A DNA stretch of 64,000 nucleotides from Pseudomonadota bacterium (GCA_039180285.1 JBCDDN010000001.1:19922-83921); one strand, 5' to 3'. Counted from the stretch's first letter, positions 47,623 through 57,878 are shown. Numbers and translations are program-made. Notes: generated by a model from the letters alone, not told the origin.

Positions 47623-47889
47623 GCCCGATCGCGCGCAAAAAACTGTCAATCAGCCGATTACTGAAAACGAAACTTCCAATCGGTCGCAAAGCGGCATCCA
47701 TGCCGCGTGTCCGACGTTCAAGAAAACTTGGGAAACTGCGGTTTTTCCGTTTTTTTGGCGCACCGCCATCGACTTTCTTGATTACTATGAGCCAGAAATC
47801 CGGTTTCACCGGTCGGCGGCCCATCCATAGCCTTCTCCCATCGGGCGCACCTCCCCTTCCCAGGCGCTACGAAAGAACAGGAGAAGATT

Positions 47890-49410
47890 ATGAAATACCT
47901 TGTCGCAGGCACCTTGCTCGCCGCGAGTTCGACCGCCGCGCTAGCGCAGGATACGCAATTCACCCGCGACAATGGCGCGCCGATTGCCGACAATCGGGAC
48001 AGCCGCACTGCCGGCGAATTCGGCGGCGTGTTGCTCGAAGACACCCATCTGATCGAGAAGCTCGCAGCGTTCGGGCGCGAACGCATTCCCGAGCGCGTCG
48101 TGCATGCCCGCGGCACCGGTGCCCAGGGCGTTTTCGTCGCCGAGCGCGATCTTTCAGAATTCACGACGGCCTCGCTATTTCAGCCCGGCTTGGAAACGCC
48201 GGTATTCGTCCGCTTCTCGACCGTGATCCACCCGAGCGGGTCGCCGGAAGCTCTGCGCGACCCCCGCGGCTTTGCGACCAAATTCTACACGCAGGAGGGC
48301 AATTGGGATCTGGTCGGCAACAATCTGCCCGTCTTCTTCATCCGCGATGCCATGCAGTTTCCGGACATGGTTCACAGCCTAAAGCCCTCGCCGATCACCA
48401 ACCGCCAGGAGCCGGAACGCTTTTTCGACTTTTTCAGCCACACGCCGGAATCCGTCCATATGCTGACACAGGTCTATAGCGATCTCGGTACGCCGGCGAG
48501 CTATCGGCAAATGGCCGGGCACGGGGTGCACGCTTTCCGGCTCGTCAATGCCGGGGGCGAGATCGTTTTCGCGAAGTTCGAATGGCGGCCCCATGAAGGC
48601 GTCGAGACGCTGACCGCCGAAGAGGCGAGCCGCGCCAATTTCAACTATGCGACCGACGATCTCTATTCGAACATCGCAGCCGGGAATTATCCGCGTTGGG
48701 ACATGTATGTGCAGATATTGCGGCCTGAGGAAATCGCGGCGCTGGATTACAATCCGTTCGATGCCACCAAGGACTGGTACGACATTCCGTCCATCCGCGT
48801 CGGCACGATGACGTTGAACGAGGTTCCGCCGGATTTCTTCGCCTTTACCGAGATGGCCGGCTTCCAGCCGTCCAACCTCGTCCCGGGTATAGAGGCATCG
48901 CCCGATCGACTGTTGCAGGGCCGGCTCTTTTCCTATGCCGACACGCAACGCTACCGGCTGGGCGTCAACGGTTCGCAGCTGGAGGTCAATGCGCCACGCA
49001 TCCGCGTGACGAACAACAACCAGAACGGCGCGATGACGCATGAGGTACGCGACAGCGACGTGAACTATTTCCCGGCGCGGAATCGGCCATTGGCGACCGA
49101 CCGGTCGTTCGCGGCTTCATCCTATACACTGGAAGGTATCGCCGAAGCCCGGCCGATTTCGGAGACCAACAACTTCGCGCAGGCCGGCATCTTCTACCGC
49201 CGGCTCGACGCCGGGCAGCAGGCGAATCTGATCAGCAATCTGGCCGGCGATCTGAACCAGGTCGAGGATCGCATCGTGAAGACCCGCATGGTGAGCTTCT
49301 TTTACCAGGCGGACGCCGATTATGGCCGCCGACTGGCCGAGGCGGCGAACGTGCCGATGGCCGAAGTCGAACGCGCAGTCGCCGAATATCAGGCGACGTC
49401 GGCGGACTGA
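47890..49410 (+). CDS. monofunctional haem catalase with an N-terminal signal peptide
   Basis: MKYLVAGTLLAASSTAALA|QD. Distal His in RVVHARGTGA and proximal Tyr in RLFSYADTQRYR. AGGAGAAG Shine-Dalgarno sequence. Confidence 0.95.
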   Translation: MKYLVAGTLLAASSTAALAQDTQFTRDNGAPIADNRDSRTAGEFGGVLLEDTHLIEKLAAFGRERIPERVVHARGTGAQGVFVAERDLSEFTTASLFQPGLETPVFVRFSTVIHPSGSPEALRDPRGFATKFYTQEGNWDLVGNNLPVFFIRDAMQFPDMVHSLKPSPITNRQEPERFFDFFSHTPESVHMLTQVYSDLGTPASYRQMAGHGVHAFRLVNAGGEIVFAKFEWRPHEGVETLTAEEASRANFNYATDDLYSNIAAGNYPRWDMYVQILRPEEIAALDYNPFDATKDWYDIPSIRVGTMTLNEVPPDFFAFTEMAGFQPSNLVPGIEASPDRLLQGRLFSYADTQRYRLGVNGSQLEVNAPRIRVTNNNQNGAMTHEVRDSDVNYFPARNRPLATDRSFAASSYTLEGIAEARPISETNNFAQAGIFYRRLDAGQQANLISNLAGDLNQVEDRIVKTRMVSFFYQADADYGRRLAEAANVPMAEVERAVAEYQATSAD

Positions 49411-49475
49411 CCGGTTGGCGGAGGGAGGCATGGCTTCCCTCCGCGCGCTTCCTTCCACATGTACGGGAATTGATT

Positions 49476-50036
49476 ATGATACGCATCGCCGCGCTGGCCC
49501 TTGGCCTGTCCCTCTGCTCCGTTCCGGCATCAGCCCAGGAGCTTCCCCCGATCGAAGAGCGGCAGGCATTGCTGTTCGACGCCGCCCGCGAAGGGCGAAC
49601 CGATATCGTCGAGATATTGGCGATGACCGGCGTCGACCTGAATGCCTATGACGCCCGCGGTTTCACACCTGTGATCCTCGCCGCCTATGCCGGGCATGCC
49701 CAAACCGTCTCCGCGCTGGTCGCGGCCGGCGCAGACCCGTGCCTGGCTGATCGCGCACAAGGCAATACGGCGCAGATGGGCGTCGCGTTTCGCGGCTATG
49801 ACGATCTCGCCGCCCAGCTGCTTGACACCGAATGCGACGTGGACGCCCGGAACGGGGCCGGCCAGACCGCGCTGATGATGGCTGCACTTTTCGGGCGCTA
49901 CCGGCAAGTCGAGATGCTGATCACCGCCGGTGCCGATGTGGGAATAGCCGATGCAGAGGGCCGAACGGCGGCTTCCGTCGCGGCAGTTCAGGGCAACTCC
50001 GAACTGGCGCAACGGCTTACCCGCCAACCGGACTAG
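49476..50036 (+). CDS. secreted ankyrin-repeat protein (AnkB-like)
   Basis: [20 protein letters not shown]|QE, followed by about four ankyrin repeats ([54 protein letters not shown]). Confidence 0.85.
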   Translation: MIRIAALALGLSLCSVPASAQELPPIEERQALLFDAAREGRTDIVEILAMTGVDLNAYDARGFTPVILAAYAGHAQTVSALVAAGADPCLADRAQGNTAQMGVAFRGYDDLAAQLLDTECDVDARNGAGQTALMMAALFGRYRQVEMLITAGADVGIADAEGRTAASVAAVQGNSELAQRLTRQPD

Positions 50037-50139
50037 CAACGTGCCAGCCCCAAAACCCGCTTATTGCGAGTCGTTCGCGCTGGAAATGGCCGATTCCAGC
50101 CATTACATGACCTGCAATCCTAACGCCGGGGAACGAATC

Positions 50140-51354
50140 TTGGACTATCAGCGCGTATTTTCGAAGGCCATCGAGCGGCTCCACGAAGAGGGCCGCTATC
50201 GGGTTTTCATCGATATCCTGCGCAACAAGGGCGCCTTCCCCAACGCCCGTTGTTTTGCCGGGCATAACGGGCCCAAACCGATCACCGTATGGTGCTCGAA
50301 CGATTATCTTTCGATGGGCCAGCACCCGAAAGTGATCGCGGCGATGGAAGAGGCGCTGCACGACGTGGGTGCCGGTTCGGGCGGCACGCGCAATATCGGC
50401 GGTAACACGCATTACCATATCGATCTGGAAAACGAACTGGCTGACCTGCACGGCAAGGAAGGCGCGCTGCTCTTCACATCAGGCTATATCTCCAATGAAG
50501 CGACGCTGACGACGCTGGGCAAATTGCTGCCCGGCTGCGTCGTTTTTTCGGACGAGCTCAACCACGCCTCGATGATTGCCGGGATCCGCAATGCGGGCTG
50601 CGAAAAGCATATCTGGCGGCACAACGATCTCGACCATCTCGAAGAATTGCTGGCGGCCGAGAACCCGGAAACACCCAAGCTGATCGCTTTCGAAAGCGTT
50701 TATTCGATGGACGGCGATGTCGCGCCGATCGCCGAGATTTGCGATCTGGCCGACAAATATAACGCCCTCACCTATTGCGACGAAGTCCATGCCGTCGGCA
50801 TGTACGGGCCGCGCGGCGGCGGCATCACGGATCGCGATGAAGTCGCCGACCGGGTGACGATTATCGAGGGCACGCTCGCGAAGGCGATCGGCGTGATGGG
50901 CGGCTATATCGCGGCCGACAAGATGATCGTCGATGTCATCCGCAGCTATGCGCCGGGCTTCATCTTCACGACCAGCCTCTCGCCCGTGCTCGTCGCGGGC
51001 GCGCTCGCCAGCGTGAAGCATCTCAAGGCGTCGAGCGACGAACGCGAAGCGCAGCAGGCCTCCGCCACGAAGCTCAAAACGATGTTCGCGGACGCCGGTC
51101 TGCCAGTCATGGACTCCACGACCCATATCGTTCCGCTGATGGTCGGCGATCCGGTCAAGGCCAAGCGGATCAGCGATATCCTGCTCGCCGAATATGGCGT
51201 CTACGTACAGCCCATCAATTATCCCACCGTCCCGCGCGGCACCGAACGCCTGCGCTTCACCCCCGGACCGACGCATGATGAGGAAATGATGCGCGAATTG
51301 ACCGGCGCGCTGGTCGAGATCTGGGATCGAATGGAATTGCGGCTCGCGGCCTGA
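50140..51354 (+). CDS. hemA: 5-aminolevulinate synthase
   Basis: PLP-Lys region [13 protein letters not shown]. The in-frame TTG at 50140 gives [26 protein letters not shown], which matches the usual ALAS N-terminus. Alternative ATG starts lie at 50086 and 50107. Confidence 0.9.
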   Translation: MDYQRVFSKAIERLHEEGRYRVFIDILRNKGAFPNARCFAGHNGPKPITVWCSNDYLSMGQHPKVIAAMEEALHDVGAGSGGTRNIGGNTHYHIDLENELADLHGKEGALLFTSGYISNEATLTTLGKLLPGCVVFSDELNHASMIAGIRNAGCEKHIWRHNDLDHLEELLAAENPETPKLIAFESVYSMDGDVAPIAEICDLADKYNALTYCDEVHAVGMYGPRGGGITDRDEVADRVTIIEGTLAKAIGVMGGYIAADKMIVDVIRSYAPGFIFTTSLSPVLVAGALASVKHLKASSDEREAQQASATKLKTMFADAGLPVMDSTTHIVPLMVGDPVKAKRISDILLAEYGVYVQPINYPTVPRGTERLRFTPGPTHDEEMMRELTGALVEIWDRMELRLAA

Positions 51355-51361
51355 CGAAAAA

Positions 51362-52054
51362 TTGGACGAGCAAGCATCTACCTACGACGAAGTCGTCCGC
51401 GGACGCCGCTCCATCCGCGGCTATCTCGACAAGCCGGTCCCGCGCGCACTGATCGAGGAGATACTCGGCCTCGCGATGCGTTCGCCGACGTCCATGAACA
51501 CCCAGCCATGGTATTTTCACGTCATCACCGGCGAACCGCTAGATCGGATCCGCAAGGGCAATACCGATAACATCCTTGCCGGTGTCCCCGACAGCCGCGA
51601 GTTCCGACGCGGCGAGCCCTTTGGGGGCGTCCACCGGGAGCGACAGATCGAGGTGGCCAAGCAATTGTTCGGTGCGATGGGGATTGCGCGCGACGACAAG
51701 GAAGGCCGGCAGGACTGGGTGCTGCGCGGTTTCCGCCAGTTCGACGCACCGGTCTGCGTAATCGTAACCTATGACCGCGAGCTATCCAGTAGCGACGACA
51801 CCGCCTTCGATTGCGGCGCGGTGACGACGGCGCTGGTCAACGCCGCCTGGTCGCGGGGTCTGGGCTGCGTCATCAATTCACAGGGCATTATGCAATCGCC
51901 GGTCGTGCGCGAACATGCGAACATCCCAGACGATCAGGTCATCATGAAGGCCGTAGCGATGGGCTGGCCCGACCCGGACTTTCCCGCAAACGCCGTCTAT
52001 TCGAACCGCAAGCCGCTCGACGAAACGGTGCGCTTCGTCGGCTTCGCGGACTGA
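51362..52054 (+). CDS. nitroreductase family protein
   Basis: 230 aa. RRSIRGY and SPTSMNTQPW motifs. Confidence 0.8.
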   Translation: MDEQASTYDEVVRGRRSIRGYLDKPVPRALIEEILGLAMRSPTSMNTQPWYFHVITGEPLDRIRKGNTDNILAGVPDSREFRRGEPFGGVHRERQIEVAKQLFGAMGIARDDKEGRQDWVLRGFRQFDAPVCVIVTYDRELSSSDDTAFDCGAVTTALVNAAWSRGLGCVINSQGIMQSPVVREHANIPDDQVIMKAVAMGWPDPDFPANAVYSNRKPLDETVRFVGFAD

Positions 52055-52070
52055 GTTTCGGCTTTAGCAC

Positions 52071-52922
52071 CTATTCATCCTCTTCATCGACGGCCGCCTC
52101 GAGATAGGGCATCGCCTCCACCAGTTCGAAACCGTCCGTCTCTTCGACGAAATGGCGCAGCCAATAGGCATGGCCGCTGCCGACCAGCACGAATATGCGT
52201 TCGCCCGGGTCGGCGATCATCTGCAACTTCGCGAACATCTTGGCGTTGCGCATGTACCAATAGGCGTTGAGTTCGGCGCCCGGCTGATCATCTCCATCAC
52301 CGAATTGTAGAAGGCCATAATAGAGCGAACGGTGCATCGGGAGAATTTGCTCCGGGTCGTTATGGGTCATCAGCAGCTGGGCCAATGTTTGCGTCGCCTG
52401 TGCGGCCTGTTGCCGGTCATTCTCCGCCCGAACGATGGCGAACAGCCGTTGCAGGTCTTCCTGCATGCTGTTCGCCTCGGCAAAGGCGTTGACCCGGCCC
52501 ATCGGAAAATAATCGGGCTCGCCTTCGCCCGGCCGCTCGTCGAAACCGAAAACCCTGTCATGTCCCATCCGAGATGCCAGTCGATAGCCGATCTGGATCG
52601 ACTCGTTGCGCTCGGTCGCCAGCATGGCGGCATCGAATTGCGAATAATCGGAATCGATAAAGTCCGGTGCGTTGGCTTGGCTTTCCAGAAGGACACGATC
52701 CGGGGCCCAATCCGCCAACGATTCCACGAGAACGGCGAGTTCCGCCTGGCGATGCGGCACAAGCACGTCGTCGGCCTCCATATTCACCACATCGAGACCC
52801 GGATTGGCGAAATGATAGGTTCCGAAGATCATCACCTGGATGGGTTCTGCCTCCCCCTGAGCCTGGGCAACCGATGCCGGCACGGCGAACGCGAAAAGCA
52901 GAAAAAGCTGAAGCAAGCGCAT
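52071..52922 (-). CDS. secreted protein, TraB/GumN-like (DUF5694-type)
   Basis: Signal peptide MRLLQLFLLFAFAVPASVAQA|QG. FGTYHFANPGLD motif. Confidence 0.5.
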   Translation of the reverse strand: MRLLQLFLLFAFAVPASVAQAQGEAEPIQVMIFGTYHFANPGLDVVNMEADDVLVPHRQAELAVLVESLADWAPDRVLLESQANAPDFIDSDYSQFDAAMLATERNESIQIGYRLASRMGHDRVFGFDERPGEGEPDYFPMGRVNAFAEANSMQEDLQRLFAIVRAENDRQQAAQATQTLAQLLMTHNDPEQILPMHRSLYYGLLQFGDGDDQPGAELNAYWYMRNAKMFAKLQMIADPGERIFVLVGSGHAYWLRHFVEETDGFELVEAMPYLEAAVDEEDE

Positions 52923-53079
52923 GGAAGTCTCCCCAGTCTTAGTGTATTATTACTATGATACACACAGTATGCTATGGTGCAAGGCCGGGCCAGGATCATG
53001 TGGAAAAAACCACCATAGGTGGTGGCGGAAAGTTGTCATCGCGACTAAATGGGCATTCGCACCGCCCATGGAGGCCCGC

Positions 53080-53538
53080 ATGCCGCACAGCATCGTCATC
53101 GCATCGGATCACGCCGCTATCGAGTTGAAGGCCGAATTGGTCGCCTGGCTCGAAGAACAAGGTCACGACGTAACCGATCTCGGCCCGCACAGCGGCCAGT
53201 CCGTCGATTATCCCGATTACGGCTATGCGCTGGCCGAAGCGATAGCGGCGGGCGACGAAGAATTCGGCGTCGCGCTATGCGGCTCGGGCATCGGCATTTC
53301 GATTGCCGTAAACCGCAATCCTGCCTGCCGCTGCGCGCTGGTGTCCGACAATCTCGCGGCCCGCCTGTCCCGCGAGCATAATGACGCGAATGTCATTGCG
53401 ATGGGCGCGCGCCTAATCGGCGTCGAAACCGCCAAGGACTGCCTGGCGGCTTTCCTCTCCACCGCATTCGGTGGCGATCGTCATCAGCGCCGCGTCGACA
53501 AACTCTCCAACCCGGCCCCCACCCGGGAACCCGCCTAA
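53080..53538 (+). CDS. rpiB: ribose-5-phosphate isomerase B
   Basis: Trimmed to ATG 53080 ([17 protein letters not shown]). [13 protein letters not shown] motif. Confidence 0.9.
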   Translation: MPHSIVIASDHAAIELKAELVAWLEEQGHDVTDLGPHSGQSVDYPDYGYALAEAIAAGDEEFGVALCGSGIGISIAVNRNPACRCALVSDNLAARLSREHNDANVIAMGARLIGVETAKDCLAAFLSTAFGGDRHQRRVDKLSNPAPTREPA

Positions 53539-53548
53539 AGGAATTTCA

Positions 53549-54862
53549 ATGAGCACCAATCCCGCCAATCTCAACGATGTCCAGCCGGACGGTTTTTTTT
53601 CCGACCGGGTCGGTGCGACCGATCCCGATGTTGCTGATGCGCTGAACGCCGAACTGACGCGCCAGCAAAAACAGATCGAGCTGATCGCGTCGGAAAACAT
53701 CGTCTCCAAGGCGGTGCTCGAGGCGCAAGGATCGGTGCTCACCAACAAATATGCAGAGGGCTATCCGGGTCGACGCTACTATCAAGGCTGCGCGCCGTCC
53801 GATTCCGTCGAGACGTTGGCGATAGACCGCGCGAAGGAACTGTTCGGATGCGGCTTCGCCAACGTCCAGCCGCATTCGGGCGCCCAGGCCAATGGCGCCG
53901 TGATGCTCGCGCTAACCATCCCGGGCGATACGATCCTCGGCATGTCGCTCGATGCCGGAGGCCATCTCACCCATGGCGCGAAACCGGCCCAGTCGGGCAA
54001 ATGGTTCAACGCGATCCAGTATGGCGTGCGCGAGGACGATCATCTGATCGATTATGACCAGGTCGAAGCGCTCGCCAAAGAACATCAACCCAAACTGATC
54101 ATCGCCGGCGGCTCTGCCTATCCGCGGATCATCGACTTCGCCCGGTTCCGCGAAATCGCGGATATGGTCGGCGCCTATCTGATGGTCGACATGGCGCATT
54201 TCGCCGGCCTTGTTGCCGCGGGTGTGCACCCGACCCCCTTCGGTCATGCACATGTCGTTACGACGACCACCCACAAAACGCTGCGCGGCCCGCGCGGCGG
54301 TATGGTGCTGACCGATGACGAGGCGATTGCGAAGAAGATCAATTCGGCGGTCTTCCCCGGGCTTCAGGGCGGCCCGCTCATGCATGTGATCGCGGCCAAG
54401 GCCGTTGCGTTTGGCGAAGCGCTGCGTCCCGAATTCAAGAGCTACGCGGCCGCCGTCGTCGAAAATGCGAAAGTGCTGGCGAGCCGCCTCAAGGAGCGCG
54501 GCGCCGATCTGGTGGCCGGCGGCACCGATACGCATGTCGCGCTGATCGATCTCCGCCCGCTCGGCGTGACCGGACGCGATGCGGACGAGGCGCTCGAACG
54601 TGCAGGCATCACCTGCAACAAGAACGGGATCCCGTTCGATCCCCTGCCTCCGGCCAAGACGAGCGGTATACGCGTCGGATCACCGGCCGGCACAACGCGG
54701 GGCTTCGGGCCCGCCGAATTCCGCGAAATCGGCGATATGGTCGCCGATGTGCTCGAAGGATTGCGGGAAAAAGGCGAGGATGGCGATCCCGCGGTGGAAG
54801 CTGAAGTGAGGCAGCGCGTAGAAGCGCTGTGCGATCGTTTCCCGATTTACCCAGAGCTGTAG
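53549..54862 (+). CDS. glyA: serine hydroxymethyltransferase
   Basis: Trimmed to ATG 53549. LIASEN motif and PLP-Lys motif [14 protein letters not shown]. Confidence 0.95.
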   Translation: MSTNPANLNDVQPDGFFSDRVGATDPDVADALNAELTRQQKQIELIASENIVSKAVLEAQGSVLTNKYAEGYPGRRYYQGCAPSDSVETLAIDRAKELFGCGFANVQPHSGAQANGAVMLALTIPGDTILGMSLDAGGHLTHGAKPAQSGKWFNAIQYGVREDDHLIDYDQVEALAKEHQPKLIIAGGSAYPRIIDFARFREIADMVGAYLMVDMAHFAGLVAAGVHPTPFGHAHVVTTTTHKTLRGPRGGMVLTDDEAIAKKINSAVFPGLQGGPLMHVIAAKAVAFGEALRPEFKSYAAAVVENAKVLASRLKERGADLVAGGTDTHVALIDLRPLGVTGRDADEALERAGITCNKNGIPFDPLPPAKTSGIRVGSPAGTTRGFGPAEFREIGDMVADVLEGLREKGEDGDPAVEAEVRQRVEALCDRFPIYPEL

Positions 54863-54871
54863 CGTCAGCCC

Positions 54872-55330
54872 ATGCGCTGCCCGTTCTGCGCCCATGACAG
54901 CAGCCAGGTTAAGGACAGCCGGCCCACCGAAGATGGCACGACGATCCGAAGGCGGCGACAATGCGAGGGTTGCGGCGCACGTTTTACGACGTTCGAACGG
55001 ATCCAGCTGCGCGAGCTGACCGTGATCAAGAGCAAGGATCGCCGCGAGCCGTTCGATCGCGACAAGATCCATCTTTCCGTTTCGCTGGCCTGCCGTAAAC
55101 GCGGCGTCGGGCCCGAGCAGATCGATCAACTCGTCTCGGGAATCCAGCGCCAGCTCGAGACCAGCGGCGAGACGGAGATCAAATCGAAACGGATCGGCGA
55201 AATGGTGATGGAGGGGCTGCAGCAGCTCGACAGCGTCGCCTATATCCGGTTCGCCAGCGTCTATAAGGATTTCCGCGAAGCCAAGGATTTCGAGGAGTTT
55301 GCGGGCACGGTAAAGGATCTGTTCGAATAG
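54872..55330 (+). CDS. nrdR: transcriptional repressor NrdR
   Basis: [18 protein letters not shown] zinc ribbon plus an ATP-cone. Confidence 0.95.
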   Translation: MRCPFCAHDSSQVKDSRPTEDGTTIRRRRQCEGCGARFTTFERIQLRELTVIKSKDRREPFDRDKIHLSVSLACRKRGVGPEQIDQLVSGIQRQLETSGETEIKSKRIGEMVMEGLQQLDSVAYIRFASVYKDFREAKDFEEFAGTVKDLFE

Positions 55331-56052
55331 TGAGCGAGGCCCCCGCCCCTCCACCGAAGATCGTCCTCGTCCGCCCGCAGCTTGGCGAGAATATCGGCAA
55401 GGCGGCGCGGGCGATGCTCAATTTCGGGCTGACCGAGATGCGGATCGTCGCGCCGCGCGACGGCTGGCCCAATCCCGACGCCTTCCCGGCGGCCTCGGGC
55501 GCCGACAGCGTGCTCGACGATGCGGAAGTTTGCGAAAGTGTCGCGCAGGCGGTGGCGGACTGTTCGCATGTGTACGCAACCACGGTCAGGAAGCGGGGTT
55601 TGGACAAGCCGGTGCTGACTCCGGCCCAGACCGCCGCCACCATCCGCCAACTTCCGGCACCATCGGCCATCCTTTTCGGCCCCGAACGCTCCGGTCTCGA
55701 TGCGGACGATGTCGCGCTCGCGAACACGATCGTCACCGTACCGATCAATCCCGAATTCGGTTCGCTGAACCTCGCCCAGGCGGTCATCCTGCTCGCCTAT
55801 GAATGGTCGAAGGGCGCCGGGCTCTCCATCCCGACCGAGAAGGAGATGCTGCCGCCCGCCCCGCATACCGAACTCGAAGCGCTGATCGCGCATCTCGAAA
55901 CCGCGCTGGAACCGACCGGCTATTTCTTCCCGCCCGACCGAACGCCGACGACCAAGCGCAACCTCAGAACCATATTGACCCGGCCGCAATGGAGCTCGCC
56001 CGACGTCCAGGCGCTGCGCGGCGTTATCTCCGCGCTCGAAAAAAAGCGCTAA
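55330..56052 (+). CDS. SpoU/TrmH-class RNA 2'-O-methyltransferase (TrmJ-like)
   Basis: GTG start overlapping the nrdR stop. IVLVRPQLGENIGKAARAMLNFGL and LFGPERSGL...SLNLAQAV motifs. Confidence 0.8.
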   Translation: MSEAPAPPPKIVLVRPQLGENIGKAARAMLNFGLTEMRIVAPRDGWPNPDAFPAASGADSVLDDAEVCESVAQAVADCSHVYATTVRKRGLDKPVLTPAQTAATIRQLPAPSAILFGPERSGLDADDVALANTIVTVPINPEFGSLNLAQAVILLAYEWSKGAGLSIPTEKEMLPPAPHTELEALIAHLETALEPTGYFFPPDRTPTTKRNLRTILTRPQWSSPDVQALRGVISALEKKR

Positions 56053-56657
56053 GCGGCGTCTTTCCGGTTCCGGTCGCCCGCGATATCGATCGCCGCCCGA
56101 TAGGCCGCGAGGCGCACCTCTTCGGCCAGCTCGGAATCCGGCAAGGTCCGCGCCAACACCATGCCGCCCACGCACAGCGCCGCCAGGGACAGCGCCGCAT
56201 CGCGCCCCTTGTCCGGCGTCGCGGCGAGGCCGTTCTCGAACAGCCCCACCATCGCCGTGAGCAACAGCTGATAGGCCTCGCGAACCTGCGGATTGGCCCG
56301 CGCGATATCGGACGGCAGCGCGATCATCGGGCACTGCCCGTCGCGATCGCCCAGATGCTCGGCGGAGAGATAGCCTTCGATCATTTGCCGCGCCATATCG
56401 GGCCCCGGCCGCGACGGATCGACCCCGGCATCCGCGCGCCACTCGGCCCCGCGGCCCATCAGGAAACTCGAGACGGCGGCCGCGTACAGCGCCTCCTTGC
56501 TCTCGAAATGATTGTAGAAGCCGCCGCGCGTCAGCCCGGCATCGCGCATGACCATATCGATCGTCACATCCTCGAAGCCGTGCCGATTGAACAGGATCCG
56601 CGCCGTTTCGACGATCTTCGCGCGTGTCTTGCGCTTATGCTCGGGACTGTACGGCAT
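56049..56657 (-). CDS. TetR family transcriptional regulator
   Basis: Trimmed to ATG 56657, preceded by GGAGGAGAAGC. HTH region FNRHGFEDVTIDMVMRDAGLTRGGFYNHF. Confidence 0.85.
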   Translation of the reverse strand: MPYSPEHKRKTRAKIVETARILFNRHGFEDVTIDMVMRDAGLTRGGFYNHFESKEALYAAAVSSFLMGRGAEWRADAGVDPSRPGPDMARQMIEGYLSAEHLGDRDGQCPMIALPSDIARANPQVREAYQLLLTAMVGLFENGLAATPDKGRDAALSLAALCVGGMVLARTLPDSELAEEVRLAAYRAAIDIAGDRNRKDAA

Positions 56658-56776
56658 GATGCTTCTCCTCCGGACACTGCGATAGCATCGACTCAGAATA
56701 TGTTCTTTAACATATTTAGATGCCCGCCATACCGTCCATCGACACCGATTCACCCGTCAGCAAAGGAGACATCATC

Positions 56777-57094
56777 ATGCCGAAATTCGTATTCGCCTAT
56801 CATACGGGCCCGGACTTCAACCCGCCTGCGGACGGCCCCAAACATATGGAGGACTGGAAGGCCTGGATGGCGGGCCTGGGCGACAAGGCCGTCGATCCGG
56901 GCCTCGCCGTCGGCCCCTCGAAAACGGTCGGCCCGGACGGCGTCGTCGACGGCGGCGGCGCGAGCCCGCTCGCCGGATACACGGTCGTCCAGGCGGACGA
57001 TATCGACGCCGCGGTCGAAATGGCCCGCACCTGTCCGCATATCGCATTGGGCGGCACCATCGAAGTCGCACCCGACATGGAATTGCCGATGTAG
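56777..57094 (+). CDS. YCII-related (DGPF-type) small protein
   Basis: Trimmed to ATG 56777, preceded by AAAGGAGAC. The pattern MPKFVFAYH...GYTVVQADDIDAAVEMARTCPHIALGGTIEVAP fits the YCII family. Confidence 0.6.
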   Translation: MPKFVFAYHTGPDFNPPADGPKHMEDWKAWMAGLGDKAVDPGLAVGPSKTVGPDGVVDGGGASPLAGYTVVQADDIDAAVEMARTCPHIALGGTIEVAPDMELPM

Positions 57095-57124
57095 GGCCCT
57101 CCGGGGCGGTTGAGGAGAGCGAAG

Positions 57125-57706
57125 ATGCGCGAACTGGCAATCCTGACTTTCCTGACTCTGGACGGCGTGATGCAGGCGCCGTCCAGCCCGGACGAAGACC
57201 GCTCGGGCGGGTTCGCCCATGGCGGCTGGGCCCAGGATCATTGGGACGCGGTCATGGCGCAGGTCGCCGAAGAAGCGATGAACGCGCCCTACGACCTCCT
57301 GCTGGGCGGGAAGACCTATGATCTTTTCGCACCGCACTGGTCGGCCGCACCGGCCGATAGCGAGCACGCCGCGATCCTGAACGGCGCGACCAAATATGTC
57401 ATCACGTCCCGGACCGATCCGCTCGAATGGACCAATTCTCAGACGGTGACCGGAGACGTTCCCGCCGCGATCGCGCAGCTGAAGACCGAAGACGGCCCGC
57501 TGCTGCAGGTGCATGGCAGCTGGCAACTGATCCAGACGCTGCTCGCACACGATCTTGTCGACGAGTTCAGGCTATGGACTTTCCCGGTGATGGTGGGCGC
57601 GGGCAAAAAACTGTTCGCAGGTGGGGTGCCGCACCGAAAGCTGGCGCTCATAAAAACACGATCAACGCCGGGCGGCGCGGTCATGCAAATCTATCGCCGA
57701 GGATGA
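57125..57706 (+). CDS. dihydrofolate-reductase-like protein (RibD C-terminal domain family)
   Basis: Trimmed to ATG 57125. LTLDGVMQAP...LLLGGKTYDLF...HGSWQLIQTLL pattern. Confidence 0.8.
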   Translation: MRELAILTFLTLDGVMQAPSSPDEDRSGGFAHGGWAQDHWDAVMAQVAEEAMNAPYDLLLGGKTYDLFAPHWSAAPADSEHAAILNGATKYVITSRTDPLEWTNSQTVTGDVPAAIAQLKTEDGPLLQVHGSWQLIQTLLAHDLVDEFRLWTFPVMVGAGKKLFAGGVPHRKLALIKTRSTPGGAVMQIYRRG

Positions 57707-57738
57707 ATGGATTTTCCCCAGATATCCTTTAAGCAGCA

Positions 57739-57830
57739 TCGTCACCCTGAACTTGTTTCAGGGTCCACCTCTCCCTCGGCAGCGTCTTCGCAGAAGGAAA
57801 AGTGGATGCTGAAACTGGTTCAGCATGACG
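57739..57830. repeat. nested-palindrome intergenic repeat element (two inverted 29-nt hairpin units)
   Basis: Unit 1, CGTCACCCTGAACTTGTTTCAGGGTCCAC (57739-57767), has an 8-bp stem at 57744-57751/57757-57764. Unit 2 (57802-57830), reverse-complemented, reads CGTCATGCTGAACCAGTTTCAGCATCCAC, which is 23 of 29 identical. Its 8-bp stem is at 57806-57813/57819-57826. Confidence 0.7.
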
Positions 57831-57878
57831 GTGTGTGCATATCGAACCCTATCGATTCTGTTCGTACAAGAAATACTA

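Noticed and set aside
47580-48479. 299-aa plus-strand ORF overlapping the murI end, the intergenic region and the catalase gene
   Set aside because: It is out of frame with a textbook catalase sequence and has Arg-rich composition.
47781-52958. Shared 10-mer ATTACTATGA upstream of the catalase gene (47781-47790) and in the rpiB divergent promoter region (52949-52958)
   Set aside because: A single 10-nt coincidence between two AT-rich promoter regions cannot be distinguished from chance without genome-wide statistics.
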